A DNA stretch of 64,000 nucleotides, taken from positions 2,356,001 to 2,420,000 of the forward strand of contig CM039005.1 of assembly GCA_017499595.2 (NCBI GenBank), in the 5' to 3' direction. This stretch comes from Psilocybe cubensis (taxonomy: Eukaryota). Below the pieces are notes generated by a model. The model did no database searches and was not told where the DNA came from. It saw only the letters and a list, made by a program, of their open reading frames with translations. Below, in pieces: positions 25,918-38,484 of the stretch. Within the stretch, counting starts at the first letter, position 1; each line of letters begins with the position of its first letter. Both the position numbers and the translations under genes were made by a program.

Positions 25918-28900
25918 ATGCCTGCAGACCACGACGACAGGGACTACGACAGAGACCGCGACAGAGACAGAGACAGGGACAGGGATACAGACCGCACTGA
26001 CAGGGCCTCTAAGCAAAAGCCAGCAGCCGTCTCAAAAAGTATCTCTTTTCTTGTTGTCTCCCGAGTACCCAATATCTCACATCTGCGCTCTCTCCAGGCA
26101 AGGATCTATCGCATGTGCCCTGCAAATTTTTCAAGGTCGGTGGATGCACTGCTGGATCCTCGTGTCCCTTCTCCCATTCTGCGGTAGAGCCAGGGGGCCA
26201 GAAGGAGACCTGTACCTGGTTCGTCAAGGGCAACTGCAAGTTTGGCCACAAGTGCGCTCTTGCACACGTCCTCCCCGGGCAGAGCATGGCTATGGACAGG
26301 AAGAACAAGAAGGCCGCACAACATGCTGCTGCAGCGGCTGCAGCATCGGGCACCACCACCACCACAAGCGCAGGATCAGGATCTCATGGCAGCGATAAGG
26401 GCGCCAAGTCGGGCAGCGGCGGCGGGCGGGTCAAGCGCGATTCCTCGACGGCCAGTGGAGGCGGAAACCGTCTCAGCCTCCTCGCTGGAGGTGCGACTGC
26501 ACCCACCCGCGACGTTAACCCTGCCTCCGGATCATCTTCGTCTGGCCGCCCTCCAATGAGTATGGCACTCAAGGCATCCATCTCGCCCTCTGCACCCGCC
26601 CCGCCACTCAAGGACACCGACTTTTTTGCCCCGCTCGAGGAGATGGAGGGGATCTCGTCGAAAGCTCAGGAGAAGGAGGATAAGGATAAAAAGGCGTCGG
26701 GGGCCACGACGACTCCTGATGAAGACTCTGCCACCTCGGACGACCAAAAACAAGCTACTACAGCTGCTGGAGACACATCTGCCGCATCTGTACCACTCCC
26801 ACCTTCTGCCCCTCGGCCCTCTACCACCACCCAAGCCGCAGCTGTCGACTTTGGTCCGATAGGCTCGCCGCCAAACTACCGCGCCGGTCAACCCATCTCT
26901 CCCTCCCGCGCCTCTAACACTAACAACTTCTCCCCTGGCACCTCACCTCGTGCATATGGACAACATCTCAACGGGATCACCATCAGCTCTTCCCCATCCA
27001 CTAATGCCAACGCCAATACCAACAGTAATAATAACCTCGGTTTCCTTTCGTCATCACCTTTCTCTGCCCCTGGCACACAAAGTGTGTTCCTCACCACGGG
27101 ATCGTCTTCTTATGCCGGTGGCGGAATGGGTGGGATGGGTATTGCGGCTAGTCTCGGGAGTGGCCTCGCCATGATGGGCGGGGGTGCTGGACGGGGAAGG
27201 CGTTGGGCAGATGCGGACGGGATGGACATGGACGGCGTTGGCTCGCCTGGCGCAGCCCCCAAGTCGTGGGGAGACTTGCTGTCCAAGTCTGTTAATGCTC
27301 TGCGCACGCAACACGGGAATGGGTATGGCGCTAGAAGTGGGTACGATATTAGCGTTGAGTACGAGGGAGACGATGGGGCTGGGTTCGGCGGGCGTAGGAG
27401 AGGCAAGGTGAAGGATGATGAGGCCGTGGAGGACGAGGATCTGGAGGATTTCTTGCCGAGCTCGTTGAATGATTTGTTGACGCCGGAGGAGCGGAGTCGC
27501 CGAATGTCGAGAAGCAACTCGGGGCAGACGTCTGGCGGGGTGAGTTATTTGACAAGCGCGCTGGCGAACGCGACGAACCAGAGTATTGCGGAGAATGCGG
27601 GTGCGAACAGCGGGCAAGCGGGTGGTGTGAACATTGCTAACAACAGTGCGAGCAACGGGGGCGCGGCGCTGGGTCATCGGTACTCGCGCTCGGTGCCCGC
27701 GCCGTCACTGCTGGGTGATATTAAGTCCATTTGGGCGGATTCGTCGTCCGCGCTGCCCTCTTCTCCTCCTGCGACTAACAACAATCAAACGCATAGGGGC
27801 ACGCCCTCGATTTCGCGCTTTGATAGCTACCTCTCTGCATCGCTCGCCCAGTCTTCGCAGGCGTCTTCGTCTCAGCAGCACTATGGGATGGACGATGGCG
27901 GGCTGAGCATGAGCATCGGAAGCGCAGGCACCGCTTCCTCGCTGGGCATGATGAGTCCGAGCAATGCCAGTGCCGCGTTCCTCCCTGGCCTGCAGCAGAA
28001 CTATCTCAATGCCAAGGCCGCGAAGCTGCAGGCGCAGCAGCAAGCGCAGTTGGGGTATGGTCTGGGGGGTATTGGGAGGCAGTTGAGGGGTGCGAGCAAT
28101 CCGTTGTTCTCCTCGACCGGGAACGGAAGTGCGAGTGGTAACGGAGCAGGGAATGGGAATGGTGGGGCGAATAGCAATTCTCTGGCAAGCAATTATATGG
28201 GCCTTGGGCTGCCTGCATCCGCGTCCGCGGGCGGCGCGACGTTCCAGCACACGCATGGCGGTACGCAGACGACTTATAGGACGACGCCGTCGCCATTTGA
28301 TTTGACGCAGGGATTGCATGCACAAAATCAACAGCAGCAAACTTCACCGTATGGTCAGCAGCTCCCTCAGCAACGTCTCGGCGCGTCTACCGCTACCAAC
28401 AACTCATCCTCGACATCTTCTCCATTCTACCCTTCAAAGCAGTCCTCAACGTCCAATTCTACATCGACGCAGTACCCGACCTTCTCAGCCTTTGGCTCTG
28501 CGCTTGACGACCAGTCGCACCTCGGGCATTCGTCGCACTTGACTCAGCAGCAGCAACACCAGCAGCAGCTTATGCTCGGTGGTGGCGCCGCGCCACATCT
28601 GCTCTCGCCCAGCGCTCGCGCGTTGCAGCAGCATGCTCCCGGCCAGAGTCTGCCACAAGGTCTTGCAGCGGGATATTCGCGTATCCACGCTCTGCCTCCG
28701 CTGAAGAACGTTGTTGGGTCGCCTGAGAGCGGTGCGGGTGCTGGAGGGTATGGCGGCGATTGGGCGGCGGGAAGCGTCGGGGGGACGAATACGAATGCCA
28801 ACGCGGGAAGTACGGCTGCTACGGCCACGACACCAACGGGTACGGGCGCGGGGCTTGAGACGATGTTCTCCCGCCTCTCATACTCGGCTGCGACCCGCGG

Positions 28901-29123
28901 CAGTGGTACGGGTAGCCCTTCCGCCGGGAATGCTAATGCCAACCCGAGTGCTTCGACGACATCTGCCAACCCAAATGCACCTCCAGGGCTCTCGCGCAAC
29001 GTCAGCGGCGGGCGGTATCCCCCTGCCAGCGCTAGTGCTGTGCAGGGACAGGGACCACTTAGCCCTCTGGGCGGGCCTGTGATGAGCAGGGATGATGATG
29101 ATTTGTTCGACATGGATAAGTGA
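25918..29123 (+). CDS. Tandem CCCH zinc-finger protein (Lee1/Cps3-like) with a long low-complexity tail
   Basis: Two C-x7-C-x5-C-x3-H fingers (CKFFKVGGCTAGSSCPFSH; CTWFVKGNCKFGHKCALAH) and 'EDFLPSSLNDLLTPEERSRRMSR'. Probable first exon from ATG 25918 with RD repeats. Divergent from eIF2-alpha. Confidence 0.8.
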
Positions 29124-30241
29124 GCGCGAATTGAGATGGGGAGGTTATTTTTTCCTTTGTGTTTTTCATTTCGTTTCATTTTTTTTTTGCTTTCTTTTTT
29201 CGTTATTCCTTCTGCATGACCATACACTGCACAGACAGACAGACAGATGGACAGACAGACTAGCTGATTTCAACCATGACCATCATCTCCCATCAGTTCA
29301 CATTCCAGCTCATCTCATCCTTACCGACTCACCTCATATCTTCTCCGATTCCATTTATATTATCATTTCATCAATGCTGACATGTCCGCACGCACATCGG
29401 TACAAACATCCACACAGTTACTCGCTTTTCACTTCAATTTTTAAATCTCTCAGATGCTACTCGCTTCTTTTTGTTTTTCGTTCTTCCTTTGACTTTTTAT
29501 AATGACGCTTGCTTGCTTTTTCTCACTCGCTGACTGGGAGAAAACCCCCGTCACTATTCTTTTTGGTTATATACATTCAAGCATACGTATTACTACTTAC
29601 CTCCCTTTTCATGCCTTGTCTTGCCTCGCTCAATCCTCAACCATACGGCCTAAAAGTTTTTCTGTGCCCTTTTTCACTTTTTCCCCTAATCTTTCCATTT
29701 GCGTTCCGTATATCTTTCCTTCCATCTTCTATCTATCCTATCTGCTAATTCAACCCAACCCACCGAATCAATTCTAAAACCAAAATGTGTCCTTTTTCTG
29801 CTTCATCATCCCATCATCATGATCCTTCCTCATTTCTACCATGTACCTTCTCCTCCTTCTATCCCCCTACCCCCATCGAAAAAAGGCATTGTAGCTCTAT
29901 CGGTCCCAGATTGTCCCCTCCAAAAGAAAATGTTATCGATTCTCTCTCTCTTTTTCTGCTGCTTCAGTCAGTGTTCAGGACTTTTTCCAAGTTGGTACTG
30001 GTGCTTTGTACTTTAAATACACCACAACCCCACAGGTATCGGACTTAATCTATTTATTTATTTAAATGGCTAACGTTGCTTGCGCATCTGGACTGGACCT
30101 TTGTCTCGTATACTTGGATAGTTTTTACTAGTTCTCTTTCTTGCATGGATGCACAAGGCGCGAGTCTGTAACTATTTAAAGTACAGAAATAAACTGAACT
30201 GTCCGCTTCAGCTTCTCTGAGCTCGTCCTCTAAGCTACAAA

Positions 30242-31574
30242 CACGTCGGGATATTCAGAATATGAAGTTCCCACGAAGTGGGTAATCGAATGTTACAAAA
30301 TATTTGAAATATAATAAGGTTTTAAATGATGCAACATGCTTTAAATACAAAAGAAATACATATGTTAACTAAGATTGTAATTACATGGCAACATCCAAAT
30401 CTTTAAAGAATGTTGTGATAAATTTTATACATAAAGTACATTTCAAGAATGACTTGTATATTAAATCTGAATCATCCTCTTTGAGACCAAGATATTTTAT
30501 ATCAAAGTTGTCCTTGAAAGGAACTTTGTATTTCAAATCCATTGTAACTTTTGAATGCCTCGTGAATGTCAAAAAAAATTTAAAGTACAAAGGTCCTTTG
30601 TGGGCTTGCTTAGACATAGCATGTTTTGCACCATCTGTTGTTCATAGACATTTGAAATACAATACTCCCTTACATGCTGCCACATATATTGAGTTTGTTA
30701 CTACTTACAAAGGTCCTTTATATTTTAAATATACAGGAACCTAATATGAGTACTTTGTATGTTATAACATATCTCAAATATGTTGTTCCAATATATTCTG
30801 TGCCCGCTCATTGCCCATTGAGTGCCCAACAGTCGCCCACTATAACAGCCACTGTGTGCCCACCTAGATCTCTTTTGCGGGCATTGAACATGTTTATAGA
30901 ATTGATGCCTGCAAAATGGTGTTCAATGCCAGATGTAGGTGGGCACGCAGTGGCTGTTATAGTGGGCGACTGTTGGGCACTCAATGGGCAATGAGCGGGC
31001 ACAGAATATATTGGAACAACATATTTGAGATATGTTATAACATACAAAGTACTCATATTAGGTTCCTGTATATTTAAAATATAAAGGACCTTTGTAAGTA
31101 GTAACAAACTCAATATATGTGGCAGCATGTAAGGGAGTATTGTATTTCAAATGTCTATGAACAACAGATGGTGCAAAACATGCTATGTCTAAGCAAGCCC
31201 ACAAAGGACCTTTGTACTTTAAATTTTTTTTGACATTCACGAGGCATTCAAAAGTTACAATGGATTTGAAATACAAAGTTCCTTTCAAGGACAACTTTGA
31301 TATAAAATATCTTGGTCTCAAAGAGGATGATTCAGATTTAATATACAAGTCATTCTTGAAATGTACTTTATGTATAAAATTTATCACAACATTCTTTAAA
31401 GATTTGGATGTTGCCATGTAATTACAATCTTAGTTAACATATGTATTTCTTTTGTATTTAAAGCATGTTGCATCATTTAAAACCTTATTATATTTCAAAT
31501 ATTTTGTAACATTCGATTACCCACTTCGTGGGAACTTCATATTCTGAATATCCGAATATGAATATCCCGACGTG
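30242..31574. mobile_element. Non-autonomous foldback / long-TIR DNA element, CACTA(CMC-EnSpm)-like termini
   Basis: Near-perfect inverted arms of ~630 bp (30242-30871 and 30931-31574). Termini are CACG...CGTG with AAA on both flanks (candidate 3-bp TSD). AT-rich with no transposase. Confidence 0.8.
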
Positions 31575-31924
31575 AAAGCTTCCGTAGCACTTAGCGAAGA
31601 TGGCGCGACGCGTTTATCATATGACGGAATTGTGTTCTATTTTTACTTGTGTGCTTTTGTTTTCCTCGCGATTGGTGGAATGTGATCAAGTTGATCTTAT
31701 CTCACTTCCATTTCGACGTTCGGGTCTTTCTCGTCGTTGTATTACTGTTTTACCATCATTCTTGACATTGACGCGCCTTGGACGGGGTCCATCTTCGAAC
31801 ATTGAAATCACCACGTTGTCAGCTACTCAGTCTTCAAACTAGCAGCAGCATTGACAGTCTTTTAGCCTTTAATACTGGGGAAGAACCAACAAGATCCAGA
31901 AACCATTCAGAAGTGGCGAGCAAC

Positions 31925-33679
31925 ATGCAAACTGTGGCGGATGCAGGTTCAGGGTCAAGAGCTTTGGCAACCTGTACTGTGAGAGGGTCAATAAGTATGT
32001 GATTATTGCTGTTTTCAACAAAACTACATCATGACGCCTTTGGAATCTGATTTACGTTATTTTTTTTTTACCGAATTTCAGACCATGATGAATATTTCCA
32101 TGGTTCGTGAACTATTTTATGTCGCTAATGACTCCAAAAAGTTGAGGCTTGGACATTGCATTACAACATTTCTCGTTCCTCGTGCTTTTTGTTGTTCTTT
32201 GACGTGGTTGTATCCTGCGTACAACTCCAACCCCCTCTGCCGGTTATACCCCTATCATATAACCCTCATCGCGACAAACCGTTAAACAATCACATTGAAC
32301 CATGAATACCGTCATTCCCACCTCCAGTCGCCCACATTGTCCGACCGGGAGAGACTCTGTCTTCCACTTTTCACGAAAGTCGCGTTGGTGGGAAAGGTGC
32401 AAACCAGGCTGTCGCTGTTGCGTTGGCCGCGGGCGGGGGTGAGTCATCGGGAAGTAACCCGGCCAAGGTGAAGTTTTATGGGACAATTGGGCACGATGGA
32501 GCTTGGATTAGGGAGAGAATGCGAGAGGTCGGTGTTGGTGTTGAGGGTATCTTGGTCTCGGAGGTGAGTTATCACGTTGGATATCCACTAGGGGGTTGGA
32601 TATTCGGATGGACAAGATGAAAAGAGAGAACTGGTATAGTCGGGCTGTGCAAAACACGAATATCTCATATGCGCAATGTTTGTAGACCGAGCTTACGGGG
32701 AGGGCAATTATTCAGGTAGACGAGAGAGGAGAGAATAGTATCAGTGAGTCGCTCCCTTTTATTGAATCTTGGGGTATTACCGGTCAGAGCTAATCATATC
32801 TTGCTTTCATTTGAATATAGTACTCTTCCCTGGCGCGAATTATAGCACCCTCCACGAAGACGCGTTCCGTGCCCAGTCTTTAACCACAGCAGGCACAGGC
32901 GGGTACTTCCCGCACAGCACACATCTTCTCTTGCAGAATGAAATTCCTTTGGAAGCAACCTTATCCGCCATACATAGTGCTAAAGTCTCGTCGCAACCTC
33001 CCAGACAAAGTCAACTTGGAGGCCAAAGGGATACTATTGTGATCATCAATCCCTCTCCACTCCCGGCGCGGGACACGATCTCCGCGTTCCCATGGGAGAA
33101 GGTCGACTGGCTGATTGTGAATGAGGATGAGGCAAGGGAGTTGTTTGAAGCGTTTGGCGGCGGCGTCGGCCGTGGAGGTGGAGATGGAAAGGTAGAAGCT
33201 GCGCGTGAGCTCGTGCATGCGCTCGGTGGGATGGAGGCGTTTAGGAATACAAGTGTGGTGTGTACACTCGGCGCAAAAGGGGTCCTGGCGCGTCAATGCG
33301 GAGTCGAGAAAGGGATGGAAATTGTGTATGTCCCTGCAGCGAAGCTACGAGGAGGTGTTCCAAAAGACACAACGGGCGCTGGCGATTGTTTTGCAGGATA
33401 CTTTGTGTGTGAGCTCATGGGGATGGCTGATGCTCATGATGATTCTGCCGATAAGGAGGGTACAGACTTCAAGTTGACCCAGATGGAATTGGAGAAGTTA
33501 TTGAAGGTCGCAGTGCAGGTATGTGCATCAGCTTTGAGGGTAATTTTTACCTCCACCTGAGCTGATTTGTTTACCCTTTGCACCATTAGGCTGCGGGTAT
33601 GTGCTGTGAGAAGAGCGGGACGATTGATAGTTATCCTACGAGAAGGGAAGTAGAAGAACGCATGAAGGACGGTGTGTAA
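31925..33679 (+). CDS. RBK1: Ribokinase (PfkB family)
   Basis: TVRGSIN, HIVRPGETLSS...GGKGANQAVAVALA, TGRAIIQVDERGENSI, LLLQNEI, INPSP, WLIVNEDEA, TLGAKG and DTTGAGDCFAG. Start codon uncertain. Confidence 0.9.
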
Positions 33680-35351
33680 GTTCGAACGCAGCCGGCCTCC
33701 GCAAACTCCTCCCGTTTAATCAGCTGAAAATATCCCAATCTTCCTTGCTTTCCGTCAAATACAAGCCCTTCCCAACGCCGGAGACTGCTCGTAATTCACC
33801 CGAACCAAGATAAATCTCATCATTGTAAGTTTAAATCGAATCATGCGCTTTCAATTTCAACCTCTGTCTGTGAGTCATCGAGTGGCACATCTTCGCTGAA
33901 CATCTCGTCAATGTATACTTTAAGGGAAGCACTATTCCAGTACTCTGCCACCGAAAACATCGTGTAAAATGGCATCCAGAACGCAAACCGTTCCACCTCA
34001 TAATACCAAAAGAAAACCCGAGTCATCGGTAGACAAAGGTGCTATGACCTTTGCAGTCAGCCACATTTCTAACGAGGTATTCTAAACCCACCTGTGTGTA
34101 ACCGATCATCGACATCGAGGCCCTATCATTCCTCCCGTGAGTACCATCTAACCCCTTTTCACTTTAATCGATGAGAAAGACAAAGGGAATGACTGTTTCT
34201 GACTTCTTTATGATTGATTATCGATCCGTAGAAGCCTCGAGAATCCGCATCCCTCTTACAAGTGTCCTGAGCGTGGTCTTTGTAAAATCCACAAAAGGAA
34301 AATAATTGAAGGACGGGGTAGCGGCCATATGGCGAGATGTCAAAAATAAATTCTGTGCCGTGTCTGCCGATTGTGTGTACTGACAGAACTTGGGAAGGAC
34401 GCCACTGCCTTTTGGTCTGCACCTCCACCGTATAAAGATTGGCTTGGGTGTTCAGTCCCCTCCACAAGCTCCCCCATCTCGTCTGCGGTGAAGACTGCAT
34501 CGAGTCTCTGCGGCCCTATATGGGCTTGAGACGCGTCTTCAATATTCACCACAACGACAGCGATATGCCATCGGGTGGCTGACCACTCGGTGGCGACGTC
34601 GCCAAAGGTATGCCACATTCTAACGCATATATACTTTTACTGACAATCTGCACCACAGGTCTATACGGGGACTCTATCACCACTATCGTCTGCGCGCCTA
34701 CCAAACGGGCGGTACAGCGGACGATAAAGGCCTCTGTCGCGCCTGTGGCGACATTGAGGCGCTGTCATGGGGCGTGCACACGCTGCACGCCCATTGGCAA
34801 AGCTCGTTCGATGGCATAAGCCGTAGACGAGGTCCTTGACCGGCGAGGCATTCTACGATGCCCGCCGGTCAGCCCCAAAAAATGTAAGTGGCTTTGTCTT
34901 CAGTCAGTTCATTCAAGCGTTTACTAATCTCTCTTCAACGCGTATTCAGGCTGCAGTTCCTTGATAAATGAGCATCTGATAGTTAAAGGTTCGTTAATGC
35001 ATACATCTAAGTTCTTCCTCACCTAACGCGTCGTTTGTTCTCAGATTCTAGCTAACGAATCATACCACTTACCAACGCGATCCTCATTCTACGGCCAAAC
35101 GCCGTCAAGGGGGTCGTTTCATCAATGGCGGGCGGGGCCGATTGCCCCAGCCTGCCCATAATATTTTAGGTGGGTAATGCTCTTGTTAGTTATGGTCCAG
35201 GACACTAACTGGTAATGCATTCAGACCACTATGCCTCGACGATAAGACTTTATAATAAGGTATGTTCTTTTTCTCGCACGTACGCTTTCATTCGGTCTGA
35301 CTTGATATGATTCAGTGTTATGTTATGGATTGCGGTCACCCACCACACAAC

Positions 35352-35710
35352 GCTACCCACATCCCATTTCCCCTACCATCCCCCGGCGAGGACCTGCAAG
35401 GTAGCGCAGGTCTGAGCTGGCAAGGGAGCTCGGATGGTAACCGCCAGCCTTTCGAGGCAGGCACTGTCGCTCGCTCAATTGAGTGGCGACAAAGGAGTCT
35501 CTCGCGAGACTCAACCTATCGCTTCCTGTTCATCGGGAAGCGATAACGACCTCTTCAGATTTCGCTCGAATGAGAGCATGGTTTGAAGAGGAATTTTTTT
35601 TCCAAAGAGGGGGCGGTGCGACGATTTGTTCGCACCGTCCTTGTGCAGCCTTGTCGTGGCCTCTTTGGCTTAGGTTGTACCCACGGGTATAACTGACCAA
35701 TAGCACATTA
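35352..35710 (+). ncRNA. Structured ~355-nt RNA module, copy L1
   Basis: GCTACCC...AATAGCACATTA unit with multiple hairpins and a 5' pseudoknot. One of six copies. Confidence 0.65.
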
Positions 35711-35980
35711 AAAATCAACCGGTATTCCCCACATTTTGTGAGTTTTTTCTATCTCAAATACATTGATTGTATCCAATCGCCCCAGCCAGTCTATCATAAA
35801 CCAGTAAGTAACAATCTTCTCGGTTATTGCCCAAAATACTAACTTCTTTTAGGTTCAGATTACTATGCTTCAACAATGAAATGCTATGCCAAAGTATGTT
35901 CTTGTTCAATTTGTATGGTTTCATTCCCAGCTGACTCAATGTGCTTTAGTTATGTTATGAGTTTCTTTTGACTCCACACT

Positions 35981-36336
35981 GCTACCCATGTCCCCATCCT
36001 CACTACCATCCCCCGGCGAGGACCTGCAGGGTAGCGCAGGTCTGAACCGGCAAGGGAGCTCGGATGGTAAAGGCCAGCCTCTCGAGGCAGGCACTGTCGC
36101 TCGCTCAATCGAGTGGCGACAAAGGAATCTCGCTTGAGATTCAATCTATCGCTTCCTGTTAATTGGGAAGCGATAACAACCTCTTCAGATTTCGCTCGAG
36201 AGCATGGTTTGAAGAGGGATTTTTTTTTCCGAAGAGGGGGTGGCACGACACTCGTTTGCGCCATCCTTGTGCAGCCTTGTCGTGGCCTCTTTGGCTTAGG
36301 TTGTGCCCATAGGTACAACTGACCAATAGCACATTA
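35981..36336 (+). ncRNA. Structured ~355-nt RNA module, copy L2
   Basis: Same unit. GAATCTC/GAGATTC replaces GAGTCTC/GAGACTC (compensatory change). Confidence 0.65.
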
Positions 36337-36834
36337 AAAATCCGCCAGTATCCGCCACACCTTGTGAGTTTTCTACCTTGAATCCATTTGTTGTCTACAT
36401 TAGTTCTGACCAGCATTTTCCTGTTGAAGATCCCTGTATTATGTGTCCTTCAAGAAGGTATGTTTGGGTCAACTGTGGGATTTTGTAACTTTTGCTAACT
36501 TGCTGGTTTTTAGAACATTTTTTTGTGTGATTTTGGTCAATATGCTCGTTGGACGGTCCAACTCCGTTCAACATCACTAAAATCCCTTTGCTGGCGGAGC
36601 CTCACTCGAGGTTCTCCTGCCAGTCGATCAGAATTAAGGTGAGCGTAATGATCGAATAATATCGTTTACAATGCTGACTCGGGATATACTCAGAAAATAT
36701 GCATCATGCTTCGATGATAATGTTATATACCAATGTACGCCCACATTCATCTTCATTATATTTATTTCCGAAACTGACTCGTAACTGATAGCTATATGAT
36801 ATGCATAACCATTGCAATGCTCAATGATCGAGCT

Positions 36835-37190
36835 GCTACCCACATCCCCTTCCCTCTACCATTCCCCAGCAAGGACTTGCCACGGGTAGCGTGAGTCCAA
36901 ACTGGCAAGGGAGCTCGGATGGTAACGGCCAGCCTTTCAAGGCAGGCACTGTCGTTCGCTCAATCGAGTGAAGACAAAGGAATCTCGCTTGAGATTCACC
37001 CTATCGCTTCCTGTTAATCGGGAAGCGATAACGACCTCTTCAGATTTCGCTCGAGAGCATGGTTTGAAGAGGGATTTTTTTTCCAAAGAGGGGGTGGCAG
37101 GACACTTGTTCGCGCCATCCCTGTGCAGCCTTGCCGTGGCCTCTTTGGCTGAGGTTGTACTCTTCGGTATGACTGACCAATAGCACATTA
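36835..37190 (+). ncRNA. Structured ~355-nt RNA module, copy L3
   Basis: Same unit with CCAG/CTGG and GGACT/AGTCC stem variants. Loop GGGTAGC is retained. Confidence 0.65.
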
Positions 37191-37921
37191 ATAAATAAGA
37201 ACCTCCTGTTTGCTTCCTCTTCAATTCACCGCTTACCTGACCACACTCCTTGTATGTTTGATTGATAGCTTGTTGTATCTTCTATACTTCAAGATCTGTG
37301 GTTGGGTTGTTTGTTGCATTTAAGCTTGTATCTCCGGTCAAGTCTGGCTCAGTGTAATACATGCGAGCAATCTGCCCCTTAATCGCTTTGATTTGAATGC
37401 AAATGCTACTTCGTTGAATTCGCGTGTATAATTAGACGCCCTTTGATGAATAACAGCGAGGTATGAAAAGACAAGGATTCCGAGACCATGTGCAAACTAT
37501 AGAAATAGAGCGTCTAAGAAGATACGTCAGATTTATTGTATGGTGTACGTCGGGAGAAGAAGTGTCCGTAGTTTCAATGTCTTCAGAAACTTCACAACAC
37601 CTGTCAAAGCAGCTGATCTCCCCTGCATTATACAATGTAGTCCCTGCTTCAGTAATGTCGGCGTTTAAATCTGTCAGTCTGTGGTATGTTTGGAAAGAGG
37701 GAATGGCCTTCTTTTTAGAAGTTACTAATTCATTAGTTAAATTGTTTAATAACAGACAAACCCTTGATTTCACGGACTTGGAAATTCGCCTAGACTAACA
37801 CCGTTATTTATACACAACATTCTAAGATTTCCCGTATAAATAAATGCTTTAGCTGAGTGTATAAATTCATAACCACCATCGAACATTTTGTCAGAACCCA
37901 AAGATCAACCACCTTTCCAAG

Positions 37922-38484
37922 ATGAAGGCCCTCTCCAGTTTCTGCCCTCTGTTTTTCGCGGTCGCCTCGTCAGTAATTCTTTCTCAGAGCTGTGATCCTA
38001 TTGTATCTCGTGTACGTTGTTTTCCCAGAGCTCCAAGTCAAATATACTTTTGTTCATTGTATTTATTATCCAACTTGTCGATGGTATCGTTTTTGGTCAC
38101 TGACAGTCCCCGGCCGACGAGGTATCCGTTATATTCTACAACGCGCCCAACCTCACCGGTTCCACCTTTGCTCCTGACAATATCATCCCGGGAGACTGTA
38201 CCACGTTACCCTGTCGCTGGGTTGGTCGAGCAGAAAGTCTGGTCATTGGCCCGGGATACACATGCACCTTTTTTGTGTTAGTCTTCACCTCTATCCTCTA
38301 TACGAGATCCATTTTTGAAATATCGATATTTACCGTGCCCGTGTTCTAACCGTACAGTATCGCTGGATGTGCGGGCTACGGAACCCAGTATAACGGGACA
38401 GTGTATCAGCTTCCCGCGAACAGCAATCCACCGCTGAACGACAACATTGAATCGTTTTCGTGCAATAAAGAAGTTAATATGTGA
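37922..38484 (+). CDS. Small secreted Cys-containing protein, beta/gamma-crystallin-like
   Basis: Signal-like MKALSSFCPLFFAVASS. Exons 37922-38011, 38107-38276 and 38358-38484 give VIFYNAPNLTG...CTTLP...AESLVIGPGYTCTFFVIAGCAG...LNDNIESFSC. Confidence 0.65.

Larger units (their letters stand above)
33904..37335 (+). ncRNA. Putative spliced long non-coding RNA, left paralog, with three structured modules
   Basis: Series of canonical + strand introns with branch sites (34608-34658, 34884-34949, 34989-35044, 35170-35224, 35260-35315 and more between modules). No long spliced ORF found. Homologous in inverted orientation to 43478-47032. Confidence 0.55.

Noticed and set aside
26009-29227. Numerous overlapping ORFs on both strands
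   Set aside because: Shadow ORFs of the GC-rich, low-complexity CCCH zinc-finger exon.
29228-29262. (ACAG)n microsatellite in the CCCH gene 3' region
   Set aside because: Ordinary short simple repeat with no further signal.
30381-31421. Identical 119-aa, 106-aa and 78-aa ORFs on both strands
   Set aside because: Artefact of the palindrome; AT-rich with no domain-like features.
35352-37190. Identification of the module as telomerase RNA, U3/snR30, SRP, RNase P/MRP or a SAM-I-like riboswitch
   Set aside because: No CCCTAA template, no U3 5' or C boxes, and no P4 or SRP S-domain consensus seen. The superficial CGGCGAGG...CCGGCAA similarity to SAM-I is not conserved across copies. The 3' ACA is noted but the two-hairpin H/ACA layout is absent.
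34159-37224. Short ORFs in the inverted arms (and their mirror copies at 43.6-46.9 kb) as proteins
   Set aside because: They run through introns or antisense to them, shift frame between copies (variable U-run), and have no recognisable domains.
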